Assembly (NCBI GenBank): GCA_002269645.1
Contig: NIVC01002155.1
Location: 1-50,781, forward strand
Length of the DNA stretch: 50,781 nt
Direction of reading: 5' to 3'
From: Macrostomum lignano
Taxonomy: Eukaryota
This document shows, piece by piece, positions 37,540 to 48,196 of this stretch. Numbering within the stretch: position 1 is the first letter of the stretch; every line of letters starts with the position of its first letter. Under the pieces are notes generated by a model. The model was not told the origin of the DNA, did no database searches, and worked only from the letters and a program-made list of their open reading frames with translations. A program made the position numbers and the translations under genes.

Positions 37540-38043
37540 ATGCAGTCTCATCAAACGCTATACACGGTTATGTCTCAGCCGCAGCCGTACCCGTCTGCGG
37601 TGGTTGGCCAGCAGCCGGTGCCACAGCATCCGCCGCAGCCGTCCCCGTCTGCGATGGTTGGCCGGCAGCCGAGGCCACAGCATCCGCCGCAGCAGTGCCA
37701 GTCGAACTCCGACCTGTGCAGCTGCTTTGATGACGACTGCGATTGCTGCCTGACCGATTGCGGCCCCTGCGAGCTCTGCTGCTGCATCTCGGAGTGTATG
37801 GGTGAATAGTGCTGCACCCCGATCTGTCTTGGCTGCCTCGGCAGCTCCGTGACTCTCATCGCCTACCGAGTGAAGCTGAGGGCCAGGTACAACATCCAGG
37901 GCAGCATCTTGGACGACTGTTGCACCACGGTGTGCTGCGCCAGCTGCATGCAGTGTCAGATCAAGAGGGAGCTGAACTACATTGAGAACCAGCTGGGCTG
38001 CAAGCCGGCCGGCTTTTTGAGAAATGAGAACTTGAGAACTTGA
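37540..38043 (+). pseudogene. PLAC8 copy 4: premature TAG (89-aa product) followed by an in-frame, near-intact 3' half
   Basis: ATG at 37540; GGT GAA TAG at 37801-37809 replaces GGC GAG CAG. The downstream frame matches copy 1; a 4-nt CCGG duplication moves the stop to 38043. Confidence 0.8.
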
Positions 38044-38094
38044 GAACTAGGGATTTATTGGCGACTGGGGTGGCACGCCTTTTGGAGTGTGGGC

Positions 38095-38672
38095 GTCTGT
38101 GGTAGGGAGCTTTGGGTGTCTGTGGTAGGGAGCTGTGGGTGTCTGTGGTAGGGAGCTGTGGGTGTCTGTGGTAGGGAGACGTGGAGTGTCTATGCTAGAG
38201 AGACGTGGGGTGTCTATGCTAGAGAGACGTGGAGTGTCTATGCTAGAGAGACGTGGAGTGTCTATGCTAGAGAGACGTGGGGTGTCTATGCTAGAGAGAC
38301 GTGGGGTGTCTATGCTAGAGAGACGTGGGGTGCCTATGCTAGAGAGACGTGGGGTGTCTATGGTAGGTTGCGCGGAAAAGTTTCTTTTTTAATTTGTATT
38401 CTGAGGTGTGGGAATCGGGACTGGGGTGTGGGAATCGGGACTGGGGTGTGGGAATCGGGACTGGGGTGTGGGAATCGGGGCTGGGGTGTGGGAATCGGGA
38501 CTGAGGTGTGGGAATCGGGACTGAGGTGTGGGAATCGGGGCTGGGGTGTGGGAATCGGGACTGAGGTTTGGGAATCGGGACTGAGGTGTGGGAATCGGGG
38601 CTGGGGTGTGGGAATCGGGACTGAGGTTTGGGAATCGGGACTGAGGTGTGGGAATCGGGATTGGGGTGTGAG
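38095..38672. repeat. Two adjacent unit-4 arrays: 24-bp GACGTGGGGTGTCTATGCTAGAGA (38095-38370) and 20-bp GGGAATCGGGACTGRGGTGT (38400-38672)
   Basis: Homologues of the two 3' arrays in the other units. Confidence 0.9.
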
Positions 38673-39394
38673 GTCAGAGAAGTGTGCACATCGATGACTC
38701 ACAATCGTGTCGGAGTGTCTGATGCGATTAACAATGGTTAAACAAAAAATTGACAAGTTAATTGCCCTGCGTGAGCACGTCAGAGCAATTAATATTAGTA
38801 TATTAGTAAAGACAATTAATTTCGGTATAATTAAAACCACATCTGGGCCAGTCGAATGTCCAGATTAATGGGGAAAAACTTTTTCCTCTAAACTAACAAT
38901 TAAAAAAAATCTTCCGCAGCACTGGGGACTACGCAATCTAGGAACTACAGACACATATCTATATCTCGCGGAAATTAAGCTACAAAAATATTAATATATC
39001 ATAATTCAGTAAACCTGCCAGTTGAGTAATTTACAACAAGCGAACAGTATAGAGTATAGGTGTTAGCGACATGCTGAGGATTACGTGATCAAGTGATTAA
39101 ATAATTAAGCAGGACACCGAGAGGTGCAGTCTTCTTGAGCGTAACACTTTCACTTTGGCAACGGGGGACGTAATTGACCTGACACCCATCTAATTTGCAA
39201 TTAAAATAAATAATGGTATTCATTATATCAGAAAAATAGTGATTTCTTATAACGCATCAAGAAAGAGGTGGCCACTCTCTAGAAACAATGACGTCATAGT
39301 TGAGTTCAAGGTCAGTTTAAAAGCACTGAGTACTTTAAACAATGCTGTTACTTTGATTTTTTAACGACTACGCAACCCTTTAAGGTCATTCTAC

Positions 39395-39527
39395 GCGATG
39401 ACGTCATATTTCAAATAGTTTAACCCGATGAAGTCATCTTCGAATATTTTAACCCGATGACGTCATCGTTAAAATATTTTAACATGATGACGTCATCTTT
39501 CAAATATTTTAACCCGATGACGTCACA
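39395..39527. repeat. 30-bp tandem repeat carrying TGACGTCA palindromes
   Basis: TGACGTCA at 39399, 39458, 39488 and 39518, with a variant at 39429. Confidence 0.85.
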
Positions 39528-39687
39528 GGGCTGTAGCGACGTTACTAATCGTCATAATCAAGGTCGTTTAAATGTATAAAAATGACAATGATCATTCATG
39601 AACGGTCATTAATAATGCCGTCATAATTTCCAGAAGCAGTGAGCACATCCAGACCCTCATCTATAGCTAAAAATCGGCAAGGAAACC

Positions 39688-42202
39688 TTATTGAGGCGGC
39701 ACCAGGCGCGATTTTTCGCCGTCGGTTTGTTTCGCGTTGCGACATTTTCGCACCTGTCGATAAATAAGCAAGCTGCATACGGGCACCACGCACAGGACGC
39801 ACACTATAGCCATTACCAAGGCTGTTATGAACAGGATCTCGTAGTTCTGATTGGCCTGAAAGTAGGCGCAATCCCAGGCGGATGGGGAGTACACCGTGCC
39901 GGGGTAGGGCAGCGGCCCGGTCAGATTCGAGGCCGGGACCGCCTTGGTGAAGGTGTTGCAGGTGGACTGCGCAAATCCGATTCGGCGCTTGGCACGGTCA
40001 AAGATTACGTAATAGCCTTCCATGAGCACCGCGCCTGCGGTATCGATTGGAGGCATATTTTAAGGTCATGTTTTATGACATGAAGTTGTATTGGTGACAG
40101 GTAGAATTGGTGACAGGTGGAAATGGTGACGGATAGAATTGATGACAGGTAGAAATGGTGACGGATAGAATTAGTGACAGGTTGAATTGGTGACGGTTTG
40201 AATTGGTGACGGGTGGAACTGGTGACGGGTAGAACTGGTGACAGTTTGAATTGGTGACAGTTTGAATTGATCCACAAAAGTTCAATTAAGCTTACCAAGA
40301 ATGGCACCCTTTTTCGAGCCTTGCAGACCGAACTTGAAGCAGTCCTTGCCGGGTATGTCAAACACTTCGCCAACATAGCGCAGGTACTGCTGCGGACTGA
40401 GATGGAGATCGATCTGCTGCCGGTCTGAGTACAGCAAGCTAAATGTGAGCATAGGGAAGAGCTTCCATGGCCCGGTCTTCTCCGACAGGCAGAGCAGGGT
40501 TTCGCCCCGGTAAAACCGGTTCCCCACGCCGGTGATTTGGCTTGCTAGCTGACTGATGATTTTGGTAAAAACGCGCATTGGCAACCGGATATCCGTTGTG
40601 CCGGAGTCTACGATTGTCTTATCCATGTTGTACTCTTTGCAGTCCATGCCCAGAGAAGTGCCGTTCATTTTTATGTCAACAATTACCACTTCGTAGTACC
40701 TTTGGGAGTGCGCGTTTATTAATTTTGTGATTCTATTTTATGTTCTTTATTCATGTACATTTATTGATTTTATTGCTATTTCTGTGTACGTACAATGTAC
40801 ATCTAATCATTTTCCTACCCCCTCCTCGGGCTAGAGAGGTTTCTGAAATGTACAGGGGTAAATGTACATCTACCCCCTCCTCGGGGCTCGGGCTAGAGAG
40901 ATGTCGATGGAATTTACACTCGCCCATCCAACCATTTTTTTTACCCCTTATTCAGGCTAGGGAGAGGTCTCTGGAATGTAAACTCGTAACTCGTCCATCC
41001 AACCAATTTTCCTATCCCCTTTCTCGGGTCAGAGAGGTCTGGAATGCACACATACCCATCCAATCAATTTTCCTGCCCCTTTCCTCAAACTAGAAGTCTC
41101 TGAAATGTACACTCGCTCCTCTATCAGACTTTCCTGAGTTGAGCTAGGGACGCGTCTGAAACTCACCACTCCTTGCGAATCGGCACGTACAGCAGCGGGC
41201 CGCGCATCAGCTTCGGATCCACGCCGCCCAAAGTCAACGAGCCGTCCATGGCGTTGGAGGCATTGGAAGAAGTTGCAGCTGCACGGGTCGTGCCGCACAG
41301 TTGCAATGCGAATACATCTGTCAGGCCCCATTGCTCTACTAGGCTATCGAAGAAAGTTTTAATTTTGGGATGCGGACTGGCAATGTGGCTGTAAGCCATG
41401 CCTAGAATGCCCTGCCAATCGGCTGTGTGTATAAAAAACTTTTTACTCGAATCGATGACGGCAATGTACGGCCGAATGGTCCTATTAGGATAGAATGACA
41501 TCCGGACGAGGTCGGTTGCCAGGTGGCCGTTCCAGCGGCCCTGGGTGTAGGGCACGTACACGGACTGGCCTTGCCAGACGATGGTGGACGACTGATCCGC
41601 GTGGAAGAAGCGTTTGATGTCGCTGTGAGGCTTGCCGGCCACTGCGAAATTGCTGCTGCCCGTGTCGATGAGAATGTTGAACTGCCGGGACATTGGTGGG
41701 TGCGCATGTTTGGGGGTTCGAGTCAGGTTATTACGGACAATGTCTAATACCAATTGATTAGGATTCTAACGCAAAATATCCCATACCGTCTATACCGATA
41801 TACCTGTGATCCCAATACACAATATCTCATTACTAAATTGCGTACCAAAAGTCCTAACCTAGAGTAATAAAAAAATAAAAAACTAGATTGAGTAGCCAAA
41901 GAGCTCACCAACTGAGGTGGCGTGCCGATGCCCATCTCCAGACAATAGCCCTGACCAGGCGAGCCTTTCAGATTGCGCTCACTAGTCTCGAACGGTACAA
42001 AAGAGCGCTTGGAGAGCTCCTGGTAGCCGTGCACCGACTTGCCGCCGGGAATCAGGTAGCGCAGATGTCTCAGACCGATGGAGAAACCGCTTGTCCTAGC
42101 AGAGTCCTCACCAGTAGCCGAGCGTTGCAACGATGCACTAATAATGACAATCAGACGAACTAGTGTTGTTACTGACCTCAACAAACCGATTGATGACGTC
42201 AT
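39688..42202 (-). CDS. BACE: Beta-secretase (BACE1/2-type, memapsin) membrane aspartic protease, 519 aa
   Basis: Exons 42202-41909, 41681-41167, 40699-40296, 40034-39688, all GT-AG and in phase (1560 nt). Catalytic LIDTGSSNF and IVDSGTT, flap VPYTQGRW, MDCKEYNMDK, PQQYLR, VIFDRAKRRIGFA, C-terminal TM helix and short tail. Confidence 0.93.
40092..40266. repeat. 16-bp tandem (GGTGACAGGTAGAATT)n in BACE intron 3
   Basis: Imperfect tandem copies. Confidence 0.85.
40810..41125. repeat. Degenerate ~60-bp repeat (CTAGAGAGGTCTCTGAAATGTAC core) in BACE intron 2
   Basis: About five imperfect copies. Confidence 0.65.
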
Positions 42203-43935
42203 CCTTCTCTAAAAGGCAACGCGAGCTCTCGTTCTCCCTATCTATTACTCGCTCTCTCGTAATTCGTTTTCGCCTAGCAAGCTTCCACTTCTCTGAGGAT
42301 CTAGTCTTCAAGCAAGTAAAAAACGTTTTAATCAATCTGAGTCGGGGCTTGTGTGCTACTACTGGGTTAAAGAAGTCAGGACAACATATTATACTGCTAA
42401 AGTTTGTGCGTGCATTGCTATTGCAGTGAAGATTTGGAATGCCAATCCACAAGGATAATAGAAAGAAACAGATGGCCACTGTGCCAGGCGGTGCATGCGA
42501 TCAGGTCCTCCCTTTCTCTCCACTCCCACTCGCGACTTCAATAATAAAAGACAGCCAGCCAGCCCCCGCACAAATTGGCCACGGACTGATCATGGATAGG
42601 CTAAGTACATTAGGAAAGTTAAAGGCAGTGTTTAACTGATCGGCCCGGCGGGGGCGCTGGTGTACAGTGTGTGGTTCTGGGGTGGCGGGCGCAAAGGGTT
42701 TGAGTTTTATGGCGACGGGTCCAATCCCCCACCCCTCCCCGATCAGGCCGCAGTCGAACAAACTTAATAGATACCCCCACCCAATCCAAAATAGTTTCAG
42801 GGGTTCAGCATAGAAAAATAGCCGAAAACCCCACCAATGACTATATTAGTTGAAATCGATTGTTGAAACCCACCACCTCACCACCAACACACTAGGCCAA
42901 AAAACAGGCAAGTTCACGCACGGTAGGCGTTCATGCGTGTCATATGCACTAATAACTCATTGATTGACTTGCAGTTGCAGGCAAAGACAATTTTGCTTCT
43001 TTCGGCTTACAGTAGCTATTTGAAAAAAGCTCGAAACTCAGTTTGAAATTGCAGTCGAAGAGCGCGTTACTCTAAGTCCTAGTCATAGGAGAATTCTCTT
43101 CCACGCCAGCCATTATCCATAACGTTCGCGTTTGCGCTCTCTTCTCCCGGTCGATCTTGCAGCAATTTTAGCCTGTACAAGAGAAGCTCATTTAACAATA
43201 AGCAATTGAGTTATCCTCACAGCGCAACAGCTATCCAATATACTAAAAATGATACCCACTCCACTGCCATACAAGAGGGCAGTCTAAACTTTCAATTGAT
43301 TAATCATTAGGGGCATTAAAACTAAATATTACTACTTTAAGTAGTATTTCTAATAGCACGAACCGCTTTTACGATCCCTAATTGATTACAAGCTGAGAGT
43401 ACTGCAAAAATCTGCTATCAACGGCTGTGAAGTCCTTGTGAATTTTAGGGGATATGATGATGAAGCTTAGGAGAAAAAATAAAGAGATCAGACAGACGTT
43501 TTCTAGGCAAAGTTATTCTTTATGACATCATGACAGGTAATAAAATATCAATTTTTATATTTTGCACGCCAGACAGCAAGTAAAAAATGCAAAACAGAGA
43601 ATAGACAATATCTTCAATGTAGTAAAATTCAGCTAACAGAAGAAATAAATTCAGAAGATTACTGGTAGAATCACAGATAATATACTATTAATTGTCAACA
43701 ATTTACAATTGGCAAAATATGAGCATTATGAAATTTGTTAACTGGTTCCCAGAGGTCCCGGGTTCGAATCTTCAGTAACCCTATGGTTTATCCAAGGAGG
43801 AGCACCATATGACCCTACAATCCGTTGGCATCTAAGCAATACCCAACCCAATAAGCCTTTGCAACAGAGTAGCGGAAAGGTTTAATCAGCCTGCCGATAT
43901 GTATCGAAAATTAGGTTTCATAGTGACTAGAAGAG

Positions 43936-46073
43936 TCAAAGCTCTTCGTGCAGCGCCATGCCGGCATTGACCAGCTTGGACCCGATAAATACGCTATAGT
44001 GATCCAGCATCTCGGCCAGGCTCAATGCTCCATCTTTGTTGGCGTCGGCGGCTCGCATGAGCACGGCGGCCTCCCTGGCGGCCATGGCCCGGCCCTCCGG
44101 CTGCAGGTAGGCGCGCAGTTCTTCTCGATCGGCCCGGCCGTCCCGGTTGAAATCAACTCGCTGATCGAATTCGTCCGCTCGAAGTTGCTGCTGGGCGGAG
44201 CTGTCCGCTTCACGCTGCTGGGCCTCGCCGTCGCCGAATGGCAGCTCTTCAACGATACGCGACTCAGGCGGCGACATGAACTCGCTGCGGGTGATGATCT
44301 GCGGTGCGGTGGGGGCAACCCCATTGGGGTTGGCGGTAAAGTCAGTGGTAGAGTGGTTGAGTGAGGTCAGCGGTAGATGGGCGGGGTAGAGTCAGCGGTA
44401 GATGGATGGGGTGGAGTCAGCGGTAGATGGGTGGGGTGGAGTCAGCGGTAGATGGGTGGGGTGGAGTCAGCGGTAGATGGGTGGGGTGCAGTCAGCGGTA
44501 GATGGGTGGGGTGCAGTCAGCGGTAGATGGGTGGGGTGCAGTCAGCGGTAGATGGGTGGGGTGCAGTCAGCGGTAGATGGGTGGGGTGCAGTCAGCGGTA
44601 GATGGGTGGGGTGGAGTCAGCGGTAGATGGGTGGGGTGCAGTCAGCAGTAGATGGGTGGGGTGGAGTCAGCGGTAGATGGGTGGGGTGGAGTCAGCGGTA
44701 GATGGGTGGGGTGGAGTCAGCGGTAGATGGGCGGGGTGGAGTCAGGGGTAGATGGGTGGGGTGGAGTCAGCGGTAGATGGGCGGGGTGGAGCCCCTACTC
44801 ACCTGGTCGGCATTCCTATCCAGCGCAGCGAAGGCATCCTCCAAGCGATTCTCCAGCGTGGCGTTGCACAGTTCCGAGTGCTGGAAGCAGACGAATTCGT
44901 CCGCATCGAGCCAGCCGTCAGCGTCAGCGTCTGCCTGAGCCCAGCGGTGATGGTTGAGCGCCAGCTGCCTGCGATGTTCGGTTTGATAGGAAAGAATACT
45001 ATTGTGTTGGCACAGTTGATTTTGAATGCGAGATGATAGTTGATGGCTGGGTCATTTAGGCTGGGATTTGGTAGGGATGGGGTATTTTGGAATAGGACTT
45101 CGTGGAGATGGGGTATTTTGGAATAGGACTTCGTGGAGATGGGGTATTTTGGAATAGGATTTCATGGAGATGGGGTATTTTGGAATAGGATTTCATGGAG
45201 ATGGGGTATTTTGGAATAGGATTTCATGGAGATGGGGTATTTTGGAATAGGATTTCGTGGAGATGGGGTATTTTGGAATAGGATTTCATGGAGATGGGGT
45301 ATTTTGGAATAGGATTTCATGGAGATGGGGTATTTTGGAATAGGATTTCGTGGAGATGGGGTATTTTGGAATAGGATTTCATGGAGATGGGGTATTTTGG
45401 AATAGGATTTCATGGAGATGGGGTATTTTGGAATAGGATTTCATGGAGATGGGGTATTTTGGAATAGGATTTCACGGAGATGGGGTATTTTGGAATAGGA
45501 ATTCACGGGACGGGGGATCGCGCACCTGGCCTGATCGTCCGACAGCCGATAAGAGGTGACATCGTCGGCAAAGGCCAGGACCACAGTCCGGTTGCCGGTC
45601 AGGGCGGACATCAGCTCCACCGTGTAGTGGCGAAGGCTCAGTCTCGGTGGCTGCTGCTGCTGATCCCGCTGAACCGAGGCGATCAGCGCGGCGAAGACCA
45701 GCTGGCTGGAGTTCCTGGCCGCGGCCTCGTGCTCGGCCACAGAGCCGGCGATTCTGCCGGCCAGCTCGGTCGGGCTCAGCCGGCCGTCCGAGTTGGTGTC
45801 GATGCGCGGGAATAGCGCAGTTAAAATTTTGCGCGCCTCGGCGCCGCTCGAAGGCCGGACGGAGTCGTGCGCTTCGCCGAACAGCACTTCGCGGACGAAG
45901 TCGCGGTTAATGTGGGTGTCGGACTCCAACCGAACCGCGTCCGCGTGGTCAGCCGGGAGCAGGTGCTGCGGCAGGGTCGACTGGCTGCCGGCTTGGACGG
46001 GAGGCGAGCAGGATTTGCGTGGCAAAAGCAACAGATGCAGAAGCAGAAATTGAGACAAAACTGTCAACGGCAT
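43936..46073 (-). CDS. SDF4: 45-kDa calcium-binding protein Cab45 (CREC family EF-hand), 358 aa
   Basis: Exons 46073-45526, 44968-44803, 44298-43936 in phase (1077 nt). Signal peptide; LLPADHADAVRLESDTHINRDF matches Cab45 [22 protein letters not shown]; EF loops DTNSDGRLSPTE, DADADGWLDADE, DFNRDGRADREE, DANKDGALSLAE; ends FIGSKLVNAGMALHEEL (Cab45 FTGSKL...VHEEF). Confidence 0.9.
44340..44792. repeat. 25-bp minisatellite (GGAGTCAGCGGTAGATGGGTGGGGT)n filling SDF4 intron 2
   Basis: Direct tandem array. Confidence 0.95.
45075..45503. repeat. 31-bp minisatellite (GAGATGGGGTATTTTGGAATAGGATTTCATG)n in SDF4 intron 1
   Basis: Direct tandem array. Confidence 0.95.
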
Positions 46074-46167
46074 TGGCTGCGGGTTTCCCCGGCATAAGTT
46101 TGCGTGAGATAATAAACAATTCTGAAACTTAAGCCACTGTGCATTCTAGAGAATGGGCTGTGTGTAC

Positions 46168-46582
46168 TCTAGGGCAGGTTAAAGGGTATTTGAGCACTCT
46201 AGGGTGGGTCAAAGGATATTTGAGCACTCTAGGGCAAGTTAAAGGGTATTTGAGCACTCTAGAGTCGCTTAAAGGGTATTTGAGCACTCTAGGGTAGGTT
46301 AAAGGGTATTTGAGCACTCTAGGGTGGGTCAAAGGATATTTGAGCACTCTAGGGCAAGTTAAAGGGTATTTGAGCACTCTAGAGTAGGTTAAAGGATATT
46401 TGAGCACTCTAGGGTGGGTCAAAGGATATTTGAGCACTCTAGGGTGGGTCAAAGGATATTTGAGCACTCTAGGGTGGGTCAAAGGATATTTGAGCACTCT
46501 AGGTGGGTCAAAGGATATTTGAGCACTCTAGGGTGGGTCAAAGGATATTTGAGCACTATCAATAGGGTGGGTCAAAGGGTAT
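46168..46582. repeat. 30-bp minisatellite (AAAGGRTATTTGAGCACTCTAGGGTGGGTC)n just upstream of SDF4
   Basis: Direct tandem array beginning ~95 bp 5' of the ATG. Confidence 0.95.
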
Positions 46583-47054
46583 AACTGAGCAGGGTAGGTG
46601 AAAAATGGTTGCACTATTAGGCTGCCAAAATAGATAAAGGGGAACAGCTCGGGCGTTGAAGTAAGCGAAGCAGTGAAAATGAACACTGCGGTATTGAATT
46701 TTATATTGTTATGTCAAGAGTAAATGATACAAGTTTCTTAAAAAAATTATGTATATAAAACAGTTATTGAACCTTTGAAGACGCGAGAGTAACATGGAAA
46801 AAGGACTTCTTGGAATACATTCTAATTAAGATATGTTGAGAATGATTCAAACTCAAACTTGTTCTGCATGCGGTCGCTGAATAATTTGAGCGAGAAAATT
46901 GTCTATTGAATTATCTTTAACAGGAATAGACAAGCAATGCTTAAATAAATCATATACAGCGCATTGTACACTGGAATATTTAAATATATATTTTACGCTT
47001 ATTAGCAAATCATGAATATAAAGCAAGCCTACTTACTTATAGGCCTATGACGCA

Positions 47055-47516
47055 GACACGGATACTAGAAAAACTAGATGGGCCAACTCAGAAACCATTT
47101 GCGTGTAAGCTACTTTCAGTTCAGTAGTAAGTTAAAAAGAAGCATTTTAATGTATTCTTAAAGCCAAGGCTCAATTATTAGCTCTCACCCCCCCCCAGCT
47201 TGAGCCGTCCGAACACGCCTTTCCACACTATCCCCCCCGCCCCAATTTTATTGCCTTTCTCGGAATTCCGCCCTAAAGCTGCCATGTACATTTCAGTGGA
47301 CTGGCCAATGTACATTACTGCTGAACCAATTAGCAAGTTGTTTAAGCCTGCAAGCTTGGGCTTCTAAACTTATCAAAGTCATTTTAGCTGCCTTTATTCT
47401 TATAAAATAGCTTGTATATTCGTCTTTGCTACTGAACTGAAAGTAGAAAGCTGTTTTGCTAAGTAGTCGTATATATGCCCGAGTGAGCCATCTAGTTATA
47501 GTAGTATCTGTGAGCG
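47055..47516. mobile_element. Old MITE-like element with imperfect long inverted ends
   Basis: CTACTTTCAGTTCAGTAG (47110-47127) is the exact reverse complement of 47429-47446; 47055-47089 pairs imperfectly with 47481-47513. No TSD identified. Confidence 0.5.
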
Positions 47517-48196
47517 CAGATCGATCAACCTTAGGCATGATTAATCGATAAATTGATTGGCAAAAATCAAATGACAGTCATTATAATAAGCACTGCTATG
47601 GGCACAAACAGACACCAAGATTGGAAGCCAGAAATCATAATTAAGTGGCAAAAGTTTAACTTATTAAAACTTATTAACGTATTAGCTCACAGCCGAAAAC
47701 AAGCATAATTAAACGAATGTCAGTATTGAACGTTTATGTAAGAGGGAAACTTGCCAATTAGTAAAAAATCTGCTTACAGATAAAAATATCATAAAAGATA
47801 GTATTACATAAAAGCATAGAATTATAAGCTTAATTAAAATTACTGGAATAGCAGTTTACCCTCATTTATATTGAATTCTAAATACCAAGAAAAACTCGCA
47901 TATAAACACGACAGTAGTCACCCATCTTATAAAAAAGTATTCGTTAAAATCTTTAAAAACACAATAATCAATACATAGTTTGTGATGTTCTTTCTTAAAA
48001 CTGAAGTTTTTTTCCAGAAAAAAACACTAGACTACTAACAGTAGCGGTATACTTCTAATTTATTCGTCTTCTATTTTACTGTTTTCTACTATTATAAACC
48101 TAATAATGATCAAGTAATTTGTCGATTTCTGCTACTATCAGTAATACAAACAGTTTTTTAAATTGATTTTTATTCAAAAAGATGGATCGATAATCC

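Noticed and set aside
37807-37809. TAG read as Gln (variant genetic code), since TAG replaces CAG and no intact gene here ends in TAG
   Set aside because: A single C-to-T transition explains it, copy 3 with the same TAG is clearly degraded, and none of the intact genes contains an in-frame TAG.
42620-42900. Possible MITE upstream of BACE (AGTGTGT...ACACACT ends)
   Set aside because: The inverted match is too short and no TSD was found.
43741-43781. tRNA gene (GGTTCGAATC)
   Set aside because: Only a T-arm/B-box is present, with no D-arm or acceptor stem.
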